A DNA stretch of 63,711 nucleotides, the filler included, from Sluysia triapertura (taxonomy: Eukaryota): assembly GCA_046118255.1 (NCBI GenBank). It is 5 parts of 5 records of this genome, joined end to end, with 100 filler letters (N's around TTAATTAATTAA, not from the genome) between each part and the next. Parts side by side here need not be neighbours in the genome. Positions count along the whole stretch, not along the records: positions 26,737 to 37,492 come from JBJNIA010193869.1; positions 37,593 to 50,050 come from JBJNIA010107094.1; 3 more parts are not named here. One strand, written 5' to 3'. Under the pieces are notes generated by a model, which saw nothing but the letters and a program-made list of their open reading frames with translations, did not search any database and was not told the DNA's origin. Each line of letters opens with the position of its first letter. The stretch's first letter is position 1. Positions 26,737-40,579 of the stretch are shown piece by piece. Position numbers and translations under genes: made by a program.

Positions 26737-29700
26737 TAAGCGCTTTTGAGTACTTTCGCGGTAGATATGAGCGCAATATAAATTAATATATTATTATTAT
26801 ATTATTATTATTAAACTTTTCTATTAGTCAAATTGGGTTATAGATTCTTTATACTCAAATTTTACGTTACAAAAGTTTGAAATTAATTAAATTTATCCTA
26901 AAATTAATCTCATAATTCAACAACTGATATTGTTAGGATTGTCCAACTGTTGAACAAGAAACCAGTTAGGAATATGGAATTACAAAATGTCTGAAGAATT
27001 GGTACATTGAATTGATTATAAATATTATTGGAGTAAGAATGATGAAGATGAAAACATCTATAGTAATGTTGAAAGTTGAAGAATACCTTGGAGACTTTAT
27101 AGGGTGTTGAGACCTTATGGAGGCTTGATATAAGTTTCGAAATCCTTTAGAGGTATTAAGGTATATTTGAACTTGTGAACCTTAAAATCAGTTGGAACTT
27201 TATTGACCCTTAAGTAATCTTGAAACCTTTATAAGCATTTGAGACCTTTGAGTAATTCGTAAAGTATTTGAAATCTGTAAAACATTTGAGAAATGGTGTA
27301 ATTCTTACTAATAATGTAAATAAATTTGATTTAATAATTAATAATGTCAAAATGTCAAATCTAAAATAGCAACAACAAATTTCAAATCTAAAAATAATAG
27401 CAAATCTAAAATTGACTATCATAGATAAGTATTAATAAAATAAATTATCGATTTTATGTTATTGTAAAAATAAATTATATTACCTTAAATTTGGTATTAT
27501 TATTATTGATATTATTATTATTGATTATTATTATTATTAAAATGTTAATTCCTTCTGAATTTAAATACTAATGTTGATTCTTTCTAAATTGAAATTTAAA
27601 ATTTAATTATTCTTTTGAATATTCTTTTAATATTCTGAATCTTTTATGTAAGTCAAGGTCATCGTAATAGAGTATAAATATAGTCATTTAATTACAAGTT
27701 TCACACAACATTGTTACACAATTTTGTTTACGAAAGTTTATTTTCACGATTTTATTCCTTAAAATTTTGCTGGTATAATCTTATTCTCGAGTCTGGAATA
27801 TAAATTCGACAACTGTTTTAACTAGACAATCCCTGCTCACAAACATTAGTTTGATTCATTTAAGCCATACTGTTTAGTAAAATTCTACTTAAAATATTTT
27901 TTCTAGAATTGTTTTACACCCCTTTTTAAGAGGCGTGATAACGTTTAATAAAATTAATTAGTAAAGATTATATATTAATCTTAGCAAAATTTTTTATGCT
28001 TATACAAATACAATTGTAAATTTTTATTGATTTGCTTATACATTTCATTAAATTTATTAATTTTTATTCATTTTGCTTTCTAGGTAAGGACGCCGATTTT
28101 ACTCGGACGAAAAAAACAGGTAACCTTTAACTGAAAAAGTAATTAGTAATTAAGGTTTACCGCTTTTGATATACGGTTGTAAATTACCACTTACAATAAT
28201 ATTTGTTATTTGAGTTTTAGCATCAGAAATAATTGAAAATAATATCTAATAAAATCTTTGAAAAGACTAAATAAATACTTAACAAGCTACGATAAATAAT
28301 GCGCAAAATATAAATAACTGTTTTCAAAAAATAAACATACTTATACCTCCATATAAGTTCTTCTAAAATACTGCTTAAAACTTAGCTCTTAAGTGAGGAA
28401 GTCTAAGATTCTAAGGAACTCACAGCATAAGTAAAATAAGAAAACAAAGATTTAGCTTTAGCAATTTAACATGATAATATAAAGAAGTAGAAAAGTAATT
28501 TAGAACCCCTTGATTGCCTTATAAAGTAATAAATAACTTTAGAACCCTAATAAAACCTTTAAATTAAATAAGATCAAGTCTAAAATTAAATAAATTAATT
28601 AAAATGTTAATTAACTTAATTAAGAAAAGGTATGTTTTTGTGAATCATTTTTGAATGCGGAATGCTATGTCAATATTGAAACAGTATACATATTTGTTTT
28701 TGTTGGTCCTTAACTTGAATTCACACAATTATATAATTTTCAAGGGGTTTTTGGAGATTTTATTGTTTTGTATTGTAATATTGATTTAAAGATTTTAGAA
28801 ATTTTAACTAATAATGTTTTTAATAAATTAATATTGCAGAAACGAAAATGATTTGTGTTTGATAAGTAGTTTATGTTTGGTCTCAGATTTTTAGGTTGCG
28901 ATGTAATAGTCAAGACAATGATGGTCATAATAAAATTTAGTAGAAGGTTCTGATGGATGACAGAGTTAGATGCTATTAAGATATGAATTGGATCTACTAT
29001 TATGCATATAAATTTATATCTCAGTTTAGTTTCATCTTTTAAGTCATTAAATGTCAATGACTGATGTTTCGAACTCATTTTATTTATATAAACTATGTAA
29101 TAGCATAAAATTCTTTCTTCTCGAAACAATAAATTTAAGTCTCATATTTCATTTTTTAAAATAAATATAAAAATTTTAAATACAATAAATTTATTACATG
29201 AAACGACATTTTTAGATTTTAATAGAAAGTTTTGCTTGATCTTCAAACATCACCACGTCTCGTTGTACTCCACTGATCCATTCCTTAAATTCATTATCTA
29301 AAATATAAATCAAAAAAGATATAGAATAAGAGCTTACACATGATATCTTACCGCAAAAAGTTTTGTTCATGAATTCGCATGGACTCATTGTGCTTGATTG
29401 GTTGTTGATGACATCGTTAATTGTTGATGTTGTAGTATTAAGATGATCCCATTAATTTGCAATATAGTAAAATATTTTAGCGTGACTAATTTTTTTAGAG
29501 ATGTTAAACGTGTTTCTGAATTATGATTAATTCTATACCAAATTTTGTTTATGTTAAACTTGTAGAGATAAATCTTAAAACCATTTGTAGCATAAATTTT
29601 TAATACAAAGCTAAAGCGAGGCATTACTCTACCTAGAGACAAATCGATTGCGTTCCTTTGTATCATGGTGCTGGCCTTTGGTAGTCTTGATAGACAGTGA

Positions 29701-31634
29701 TGAAATAGTTTAACTTTATACTTCTTTGACATATCATGTAGATTATGCATAATCCGTGTACTTCTGACTAAATCTTTGTTGTCATAGCCATCTAATTCGT
29801 TTTCGAGTACTCTTTCACTAACTAACTGTTCATTCATGATTTGGGATTTTCGATCAGCTTTTTGTTGAACTAGTTCAATGATTAATTTTTTTGTTGTGGT
29901 TTAATTAATGGTAAAGAATTTTTAAAAAATAATATCATAGATGTGGCAATCGGACGAGTTAATTTTGTTAGATTTCGACTATTAAGTAAATCAGTAAAAT
30001 CTTTTAGACTTGATGTATGGGATCTACTATTTCCAGTATTATTAATTACCGGTGTTTCACTATAACTTACAGTTTTATCTTCTTCATAAGCATTCGTTCT
30101 ATGTGTTTCACAGTAAAAACTATCTTCGTCTGGACTACGTGAATCTTCATTACAACTATTCTGACTCTGTAGAGTACTGCAAAAATTATATTGATTATGT
30201 TTGAAAACATCAAAAGGAGTAGTTGTTTGAATATGAGCTTTCTTGTCATTACAAAAAGATAATACGACGTAAACATTTGAAACTTGTTCAGCTTTTCGCT
30301 TTTTATCTTGGCATTTTTCATCAGAGTCATTTGGTCTAAATAATATTATATTCTTTATCGACTGCATGACCAAGATTTATTGTTGGTTAGAAGAGAATAA
30401 TATGATTTGGGTGAAATTTTCAATTTTACAGATAATAACACAAAAGTTTTTTGGTACTAATAATTGTGCTGTTTTTTAGTTTTTGTCTATTGTGTTATTT
30501 GACTTGCCCAATCAGAGTCTTAGAAAGTATATTTAATAATATTGACTCTGATTGGGTAGTGTAAACAAATTGTTGTTATGAAATCAGGAAGATAAAACTG
30601 ATAATTGACACTATAATGAAAAATGTGACGTATAGTGTCAACACTGGTGATGGTAGCAACCAGGTTGATCATCATTTAATTGAGTTTTTAATTTAAATTA
30701 TATTTCATAAAATTAATTTAATGTTTTATAATAATAATAACAATAATATTGTTATTATTATTATGAAATAAAAGTAATTGCATAAAATTTCTTTACAATC
30801 TTAAAAACATGATCTTTTCTTTCTTACATATTAAAATAAAATAACAAATAAAAACTATTGAAATTATGTGAAGGAGCAACGATAACGTGGTATACTGTGC
30901 TTAAGTTATCGTTGTTGCTTCATCATAGGGAAATGAATTCTTTAAAGCTGTATTAAATTAATCTTTGAAGATAAAGGGATGATATAAGTTGTAAGTGAAA
31001 TGAAGAATGTTGGAATAAATTCTTGAGATTTATTTAAGTTTTATAATCAAAAATACGATTTATGCATTAAATATAATGGTTTAAAAGGCTTGTTAATAGG
31101 TTATAGTTTATTTGATTTAAAAGACAATTAAAAAATAAATCTTAGCGTATTTACAATGTTATTGTAGAGTGTTGATAATGGTTATGCGTATTTGAAATGG
31201 GTTTGAATTAGTATAACTTTTTTGAGTTGTAACGTAAATGTTTTCTATGTTTCAGGTTTTTGTTAATGTTGTTGAATGATGTTAATGTATTTTTAACTTA
31301 AATATTATGTGTTGTGGCTGTGGTTTGGTTTGAGGGAATGGCTATTGAGTGAATGTTATAGATTATTCGGTATTAATTATCAAAGTATAGTGTGAGGTGA
31401 AAATTTGAGACTTTTAGACGAATTGTTTGGGAAGTATATGTTGTTGAAGTATAAATGTCGAATATTGTTTATGATTAATCAGTTAATGTAATTCGATAGT
31501 ATGGAATGTGATTGAATTAGGTGTTATGTTTTTTTTGTAAACTGATTGTTGTGATTTGAATGTGTTGAGTAAGATTGACATTAAAAGTTGTGAGATTTTT
31601 AGAAAATTTGGAATTGTGGGTGTTGGCCACTACA
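26737..31634. repeat. Modular repeat family member E2
   Basis: Starts with GCTTTTGAGTACTT (as at 52405). Shares blocks with E1. Ends in a G/T-skewed block closing with GGCCACTACA. Confidence 0.7.
29210..30373 (-). pseudogene. Unknown intron-containing cargo gene in E2
   Basis: Consecutive ORFs 30373-29882 and 29837-29385. GTAAGA...TTTTAG intron at about 29351-29298. Preceded by CCAAT boxes at about 30508 and 30550. Confidence 0.5.
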
Positions 31635-31879
31635 ATTTTAATTTAATTTCAAAACTATTCGGATGATATTATGACTTAATTATGTATTTTTAGCATTTGT
31701 AATGTTTTTATATTGACCTTTAATATTTAAAATATTTCATTTTTATTTAAGTAGGTAAAGTATGCAAGATTTGTATTATAAAATTTTGAGATTTTGTTTT
31801 AATTATATTTTTTATGAATTTTTGATATTGATCCCAAAATTTGCTAAAAGGTTAAGTTTTTGAATTTAGCTTTTTAAAT

Positions 31880-33053
31880 ATGTCGTGCCAATCAACAGTG
31901 ATTGTTCCATGTGAGAACGCATTAGATAAAAACGATTTTTCGGAAACCTTTCGAGATAGTCGGATTGTATTACGTTCCTTTTATATCAATAAAGAAAGAG
32001 TAGTAAGTGATTTCAGCAAGATGATTAATAGGCGCGATGCTTTTTATGAGTTCTTAAAATGTTTAGATGAAGCCAAACCAGACTAGTGGATCGTTTCCAT
32101 AAAACTAAAGATAATTCAAAGTTCTATGTATTCGAAAATACGTAGTGTAAACTTTACTTATGTACTATGAATATTTACAATTATTACAATGCTAACTTGA
32201 ACCGTAATATATCTGAGAAAGTTGTTTAAGCCAAAGAGGATCTGTTTATTACTACATTATGTTACGAACGACAAGAATATTCTGAACAAGTGTTAGTGAT
32301 GTTTTACGTAGTTTAAAAGTAATTCTAACTAAAATAAAGTTTATAAATGATAAGATTTTAAACTTAAATCTACAAGCGGTTAAAATGGATAATATGGAAA
32401 ACAAGTTATCCATGAGTGTTTTAAATTATGACAAAGATTATAATAATGTAGTTATATTAGATTGCACGATTTTGAATTTTGAAATAAAAAGTTTACGTGT
32501 ATATTGATAGCTCTGAGTTTTCTAGTATAAAAAACCGTTATAAACTAAAATTAGCTGTTTTTAGACGGAGCTGATTCTGGTTGTGGAACTAAGAATCATT
32601 TATGGTTTCATTAAACAAAAACTAAAACACGAATATTCTGTTTTTTGTATTTCAGTGTTCGATCACGAAACTATGAAACGACTAAAGATAATATATATTT
32701 AGAAACGAGTTATAAAAGTGTTCATAAATTGGTACCTCTTAATGAGTTTTATAATTTAATAAATCATAATTATAATTATAATTTAATTATAAAATGTGTT
32801 TCTTTTAGATTCATCATTCAGGAATTTTACTTGTCCTCCGTCATCTAAGAAAAATCTAAGTATTTTGAATCTACTTGATAGCGGTGTCTTTGCCGAAAGA
32901 TCCAGAGATTTTGGACAAGACCATTTGCCAAGTACGGGCTCAAATAGTTGTGCGGAACATTTACAAAGTGTTAGTAAAGTTTTGATTCGTATTCGTTATT
33001 TTTATATTAACTTTTCTGTGTACACTCAATATATGTCTACTTCAGTTATTTGA
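31880..33053 (+). pseudogene. Degenerate compact multi-exon gene of unknown family
   Basis: Higher-GC coding-like blocks separated by short AT-rich GT...AG segments (acceptors about 32564, 32655, 32808). Stops present. Confidence 0.35.
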
Positions 33054-33869
33054 TTTTATTTTTCTTTATTAATTCTAGTAATAGTTTTTATTTTTGAAGT
33101 AAAATTTTTATAAAGTTTAAATTTAATAGCTATTTACAAGACCTTAAATCAAACATTTTCATTTCATTTATCTTTTCTAACAGAATTAATATTAATTAAC
33201 ACCTTACGGCCACAATAATAATAATTGTTATTATCATTAGTATTACTGAAATAATAATTTTTATCATTAACATTATTGTTATTACTTCATATTTGTTAAT
33301 AAAGTTTCAAAATTTAATGTAACGTAATACAAACATTAACCATTATAATGCTCTATCAGCATAGAAAGATTCTGAACTTGAAGTTTACAAACTTCGCACC
33401 AATAAAAATTTGTGCTTTTTGCTGATAAGTTATTAGAATGTTCAACTGATAAATAATGATTTTTCGCTTGGTTGTTGGAAGAAAAATTTAAATTACAAAC
33501 AGGACACATTTCTAAACTTTTCTAAACCAAAATTTAGTATAATTAATAAAAATTAATTAATTAATAATTAATAAAATAGTAACAATTTATAAATAAAAAA
33601 TCGATTTTAATAAAATTAAATGAAAAATGAGAAATTAATGAAATACTAAATGAAATGAAATTAAATAAGAAATATTTAAATGAAATAGTAGATGTACTTT
33701 TGTAACAAAATAAAATAAATTTGTTATCTATATTATTTGAACTTTCAACATATTTAAGTTATAAACATTCAATTTTATTACCATCAAGTATTGTAAAACA
33801 TCATGAAATACCAATTATAATTTGCAATATTTCACATGATTCAGTTAAATTATTTAAAAATTAGAAAAT

Positions 33870-34930
33870 TGGAATGTTAGACCAGTGTCGGAAAATGACA
33901 TAATATACTAGCCTAGAAGAAATTCCAAATCTATTTAAAGGGAGAAATTACCACAGAGGATTACAATAATTTATCTGCGATACAAAGATATAAATTAAAA
34001 GAGCCTTTAAATAAATATCTACATATTTATGTTATGGAAAAATCCATGATTTTGTAAGTACTTCAGTAATCAAACATGCAATCCCATGAACTACGGATAA
34101 ACCTATTAAACTATGCCCATGTCCCATACTGTTTCACCGTATCGAAGTAATGAAGGAGGAGATAGAAATAATGCAAAAATACTGCAGACAGCTCCAGTAC
34201 TATTAGTCTAAAAGAAAGATAGCTCCATGACTTTGTATTGATTTCAGAAAATTGAACGAAGTAACAATAAATATCTAATTACTAAGTATAAATTATACGT
34301 TAAATAACCTTAGATATTCTAAAAATTTACCGACAGTAACTTACCTGAAGATAAACGTACGACTTCATTTTCTAGGAAGAATGATTGTTCGAATGAGAAA
34401 AAAAATGCTTTTTGGTTTAATAAAGATGAATGAATTTTGTATTAGCTTAATTCCAATACACGATATTATATGTTCTACAGACTTCGACAGTCACTTAAAA
34501 GATATATTCCTTCGATTAGAAAATGTAAAACTAAAAATAAAACCAACTAAGAGTGATGGGCAAAAGAGAAAGTTGTATTCTTAGGATATAGTGTCACAAT
34601 ACAGAATTTCATCTGACTCGAAAAAGGTAGAAAATGCTAAGCTCTTTCAAAATCCTATTAAGCAAGTGGAAGTACAAGCTTTTTCGCAAATTATTATAGA
34701 AAATTTATAATAAAAAATAATTTTGCAACAATAGTAAAACCGCTAACTGAACTAACCAAAAAGGGAATATAAAAATGTAAAGAAAAAGGTGAATTAATTA
34801 ATAATTTCATTGGGAACGACGTTCACAAAAAATAGCACTTACAAAAGCTCCTATCTTATGATTCTCGGTTATTAAAAACCATTCATACATGTGACAGATG
34901 CTAGCGACTTTGCAATTGGAGCGTTTTTGT
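33870..34930 (+). mobile_element. pol: Highly decayed Ty3/Gypsy RT-RNaseH remnant related to 41250-42280
   Basis: CIDFRKLNEVT, RLENVKLKIKPTK and TDASDFAIGA remnants, with nucleotide similarity to 41938-42008 and 42238-42268. Confidence 0.85.
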
Positions 34931-35070
34931 AGATAATATGTAATCGATTATCAACGTAAAGTGAATAAGATTTACCAGTTAAACTAACAAAAGATAAACA
35001 GTTTACAGTTTTTATAACATAACAAAAAATTTATTATTACAATTTTTTAATAACATAACATAAAATTTTA

Positions 35071-35616
35071 TTACCTTTTAATAACATTGATAATAATACC
35101 TGAATCGTTTTTACATACCACCTTTTTATGTTTATCGCCATTAAGATGTAACTGCATATTACTAGGATCCATTGTCAAATTACACTTTTCACAATAAACT
35201 TTAGGATCTTTTATTAATTTTAAATTATTTAAATAAATTTCACGCAACACTCGTTTATGATGAGATCCTGTTAAATGAGACTGCAAAACTACATTACTAT
35301 CAAATTTCCGTTCAATGTTCGACACAATAAAGGATCCAAAGAACATACATCACTTTTTTCTCTAATTTGATACAATAAATTTTTTCGCAACTAAAATAAA
35401 ATAAATAGACAAAATACTAACTCACTTTACGAGATGATCAATAAACACTAAATGTTTTTTCCACTCTTCATGTGTTACACATTCAATATTACAGATATTA
35501 CATTTATAATTATTTCTTTCTAAAATTTTCAAAGCTTTTTGGTGTGCATCATATATTGTTTTGGAATTGCAAGATATTTCACAAATATCACAATTATAAG
35601 GATCATATTTTGCCAC
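35071..35616 (-). pseudogene. Tandem matrin/U1-type C2H2 zinc-finger protein (ZNF385/ZMAT/ZFR-like), frameshifted
   Basis: CDICEISCNSKTIYDAH, CNICNIECVTHEEWKKHL, FDSNVVLQSHLTGSHHKR, CEKCNLTMDPSNMQLHLNGDKHKK. A 35-40 nt GT-AG intron ends at 35391. Confidence 0.8.
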
Positions 35617-36964
35617 GCGAAGTGTAAAAAGGACGCTTTTTAAACGTCATAATATAACTAAAGCGACACCATTAACATAAAAGTATAAGGATTTATTGAA
35701 AATATTCACAAAATTTATTTTAAAGATACAATAACTGTAGCAAATTCGTTAGTAATAACGTAAAATAATTCTGTAACAGATGCATTTGCGGATGAAAATT
35801 ATTAATTTTATCGATATCCTAAAATAAATATGAAATTAAAATACTTAAAAACTCTTTTTTCATGGGATTAATTATAAAATAAAAATAATATACTTTTAAG
35901 CTTTTCAAATAAATTCTATAAAAAAACCCCATTATATAATAATTTTACATAAGTATTTTAGTTACATTTAAATAAACAAATTACATTTAAATGATTTCTT
36001 GTTTTTAATAAAAACATTTTTACAAAATTAATTAAATTCTTGACATCACAAAACCTCAATAATGAAAATTTTCGTTTTTACCGACGCATTTGTTAAATTT
36101 AAATTTAACTCAGTTTAATAAAAATATAAAAATAATAAATTTTGTTATATATTTGAAGAGTTACTGTTTAACGAAATATAAAAAGTATTAATTTCTTATT
36201 AAAAATTTGTTGACATCATACTTTATAAGAATTATTGCATTTTAACATCTGTAGCGCTCTCGAACTATGTACTTAAAGAGTGGTAGATGATTGACTACAA
36301 TTAAAACAAGGAAAGGAGCAGAACTTGAAAATTTTATCAAAATATTTATCAGTAATGATTAAACAATCATAATAATATTAAAGTATAATAAATTTTATCT
36401 TTCTAGGAAAATGAAGCCAAAAATAAATTTAAGATGCGTATTTTATTTAATAAATTATCAAATATTTTTCGAAGTCAACACATAAAATCAATATAAGTTT
36501 TCAATATAAGTATGAAAAGTCACAAAGTCACCATTATATTACTAAAAACAAATCAAGGAATCACTTATTAATTATGGATACATATTTAAATGATGATTCA
36601 TATTTATCTCAAAGTATAAATCATTCTTTTCGTTTTATTTTCACTTTTTTTAAATTAAATTATCTTAGAACTTAGTTTTGAAAGATTTGAAGCTGGCTTA
36701 AAGCCTGACGATACTAATAGAATAGATTTTACATGGTCAGTTAGCCCCTTAGTATCATTTAAGATCAATTAAATAAATTAAACATTGCATTGATTTTTTC
36801 CGTTGAAATATGTTATACTAGTATGAAAAGCATAATATTAAAACTTAAACATATAGTAAATATTATAATATTAACAATTCCTACTGTTCGGTTGCCATCA
36901 CAACCCTACAAAATAATTTTAAGATGACATAATTATTTAAAAATATTTAAAATCATGAAAAAAT

Positions 36965-37492
36965 TTGTTGAGATTGGTGAAGGATGAGAGTGATATAAGG
37001 GTCAAAACTAAGGATAACAGAATAAATTCAACATTATTAAAATTAAGATGAGATATTATGATGAACTGAAATTGTAGGATAAGGATATAAAATATTTAAA
37101 TCGAAATAAAATAATGAGAAATAAGAAGAAATAACCCTTTGCAGGGTTTTTTTTGTTGAAATATTAAAGCGTTAGGATTAGTGAAAGGCAAAGGTAGATA
37201 TAAAGGTTCAAGATTCAGGATAAGAGATAAGGTAAACGATATTGAGGAATTGAGATAAGTGATTATAATGAATTGTAATAATATATTCGATATGATATGA
37301 TGATATGAGATAATCGAATCAAGATAAGACAGTGAGAGATACAGAGAAATAACCTTTTATAAGGTTTTGCTTGTCGAAGTGTTAAAGTACATTTGTTAAT
37401 TAACTTAATAAAAATTGTTGGGATTAGTGAAGAATAAGGGTTGGTATAAGGGTCAAAACTTAGGATAACAGAATAAGTTGAACGTTATTAAA
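36965..37492 (+). repeat. Tandem repeat with ~205-245 bp unit, at least 2.3 units, running into the gap
   Basis: Recurring GATTRGTGAAG...TATAAGGGTCAAAACT...GGATAACAGAATAA at about 36972, 37176 and 37422. Confidence 0.85.
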
Positions 37493-37592
37493 NNNNNNNN
37501 NNNNNNNNNNNNNNNNNNNNNNNNNNNNNNNNNNNNTTAATTAATTAANNNNNNNNNNNNNNNNNNNNNNNNNNNNNNNNNNNNNNNNNNNN
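37493..37592. other. Artificial scaffold linker
   Basis: N44-TTAATTAATTAA-N44. Confidence 0.97.
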
Positions 37593-38536
37593 GATTATAT
37601 AAATGATTACGGTTATCCATCAATGAATGGAAACCATGAGGAAGCATCAATGACTTCCGCAGTTATAATAGCGTATATTAAGCCTTCCGACGATTTAAGA
37701 AAATTGGACGAATTAATAAATGATGATAATGATGTTGCTTAGATAGAACCCTATGTTCATTACTAAGATAATTAATGGAAGACAATAAAGTTATAGATAA
37801 CCATGATGAAAGTAGAATTATAGATATTACCAATGATAATGATGATTACACTGAAGATAAACCTGACTATATAATAGATTTAAATAAAAATCCACATACT
37901 GAAACTGAAGATAAAGAAACAAATACTTTTAAAAGAAGGCCAGGTAGACCTAGAAAGAATAATGGTGACGAAACAATAAGACCAACCCCAATGCATAGAA
38001 AACCAAAATTACTTATAAGAACATAGAAGAAACCTTAAGTACGAAAACTATAATTTATGCTCTACTATCTAATAAATTTTCTAACTTTGATAAGTATAAG
38101 ACACTTTTACCTAAATTAAAGGAATACAAAATTGCATTAACTAAGATAATTAATGTTATGGAAGAAAAATATATGAATACAGACATAAGTGACTTTATAG
38201 ACAACGATCAATATAAAAACATAATAAATAAACAGATTAACGCTGGAATTAATAGGGACAGACTTAAAATAATAATGACTTACATAATATTTCAATGCAA
38301 TAAGGCTACACTCTTAATTAAAGAAAAAATAGATAAGATTATAAATTTTACTGATAAGAAATTAGGTACTCTGATTGAACAATTAGGAGGATGAAAAAAT
38401 ATTATAAAAGACAAAGATAAAGAAAAGGAAGAAAAGAATATTTTAAATGAACCACTTAACATGATATCCCGACTAATTAATAATAATAATAATAAAGGAA
38501 ATACAAATGGATCATTCCCACGATTCAATAAATAAT

Positions 38537-40520
38537 ATGTTACTTATAATTGTTTTACTGGCATTATTTGGAATTCATAAGACTAATGCTATAAAAGCTT
38601 TTGATTGTAGCCAACCCCAAATTGAAAGAAAGTTCTCTTTATTAGATACCGAAGACTGTCCTAAATCAAGACCAAATAGAGTCAAAATAAAAGACATGAA
38701 AGTATTAAATGTTTATCAAGAAAGAAATCTGGTTACGACACTAGTTAGAGAATGTTTAGTCAAAAGATCTGTGGTTATTTGGTATTGTGGACATCACAGT
38801 CATTCTTCAATTATTGATATATCGAATATATTAAAACCTTTTAAAATATCACCGAATAATTGTCGTGATGTATTCGAAACTGGATACATAAGTCTAAACA
38901 AAGGAGATAAATTAAGAATTAAAAATAATGAGAAAATAATTTATAATATTAGAACAGCTGATAATGTACTAATAGATGGTACGTGCGAAAGAGGATCAAT
39001 AGAATACAAAGGGAAAATTTATACAATTTAGTAGCTCAAGAAACCTATGTAGTAAGTCTAAAATCTTATAACGAAAGTTTTAATTTAGAAAAAGGTACTA
39101 TGATGTCTAGATCTTTTTGTAGAAGTAATCAAACAAGTTGTGACACTGGTGAATCTATACACATATGTGAATTGGAAAATTTTCAATGTCCATTAATATT
39201 CTTAAAACAAATTAAATTTAATTTAATAGAAGGATTTATGTATCAAAATGAAGATGAATTAGCTATAGAAGAAATAAACAAAAAACAAATTTATAAAGAT
39301 AATTTAGACATACGAGAAAGAAAAAGACTTCATGAAATCGAAACTCCAACAATTCTAATGGCGAATGAAGAAGAAGATGGATTAATATTTGTAGCAAAGA
39401 AATTAGTAATTAGATGCGGACTAGAAATCACAGAAACAAACTATTAAGGAATATATTTATCAGAAAAGACAACATTACAAGCTAAGAAAGGAATAGATAC
39501 AAAGAATTTACAGTTGAATACATATTTTAATAACAAAATTGACTTTTATTACCATTTAGGACTTATGTCACTAGAAAAAGTTTATCAAGCTATGATAGCT
39601 AGAGATTGTCAATTAAACAAAGAAATATTAAGAACGAAGTTAGCAGTAGCAATAACTAACCCAGACTTAGTAGCACCATTACTTCCGTTAGAAGAAGGAG
39701 TATTTGGTAGACTGATGAGTGAAGTTTTATATACATACAAATGTAATAAAGGTGGAAGTACTAATGAATTACCAGTAATATGTAAAAATCAAAACACTTA
39801 TTTAGAACCAGTTACTAGAATTATTGTGCCAACTAATAAACTAAAACCAAAACACTGCACTGATCTAATGTAATGGCTCCAGAATATAAAATCGATGATA
39901 ATCTTTGGATATCTTTACCACACAGAAGTCAAGTTAAAACACCAGAAATTATAGGGTTAACAGAATTAAAAACAAAATTAAAATTTTCAACTACAAAGAA
40001 CATTCCAAGATCAGGAATCTGTTCTAATGAAGATATTCAGGCAGCTTGGCACGAAATCTTATTTCCAATTAAAAGATCTAAAGTACCTACTGATATAGTT
40101 GATAAAGCAATAGTAGAAAAAGATGGCAAAATAAATTTTGAATTACTATTAGGACATGATCACTTGAAGAAAGCAGCACACAATACTTTAAAACAAATTT
40201 GGGGAAATTTTTTAGTTATAGGTCAAGCTTTTTCAGGTTTAATAGGAATATATGTATTAATTAAAGTTATTGCTCTTGTAATCTCTCAAATATTTTCAGT
40301 TGTAGGTATTTACAAAATATCAGGCTTTACGTGGAAATTAATAATTGGATGCTTTCCATTTTTAGCTAAGTTCTTATTACATCATCATGCTCATGCTCTA
40401 TTAAATGCTTTAAAGAAAGAGAAAGAACAAAGTGAAGAAATTGCATTACAAACAATAGATACTGAACCAGTTAAAAAAGAAAAGCAAAGTCTATATCAAC
40501 CACCTCCAAGCAATCTAATT
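38537..40520 (+). pseudogene. env: Chuvirus (Jingchuvirales)-like viral glycoprotein
   Basis: Signal peptide MLLIIVLLALFGIHKTNA; AFDC...SLLDTEDC; C...WYCGHHSHSSII; CQLNKEILRTKLAVAITNPD...EVLYTYKC; NELPV...LEPVTRII; C-terminal hydrophobic segments. Split by stops and frameshifts. Confidence 0.82.
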
Positions 40521-40579
40521 TGTATTGTGCTAATAATAATAATTATTATTGTGCTAATAATAAATATAACAGTGCACGA

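Noticed and set aside
18773-31634. Single 12.9-kb element with ~1-kb TIRs
   Set aside because: The ends are only weakly similar, flanks (CTTCAT / ATTTTA) are not duplicated, and a scaffold gap intervenes.
39310-39330. Furin site in the glycoprotein (RERKR)
   Set aside because: Does not fit R-x-K/R-R exactly, and the sequence is decayed.
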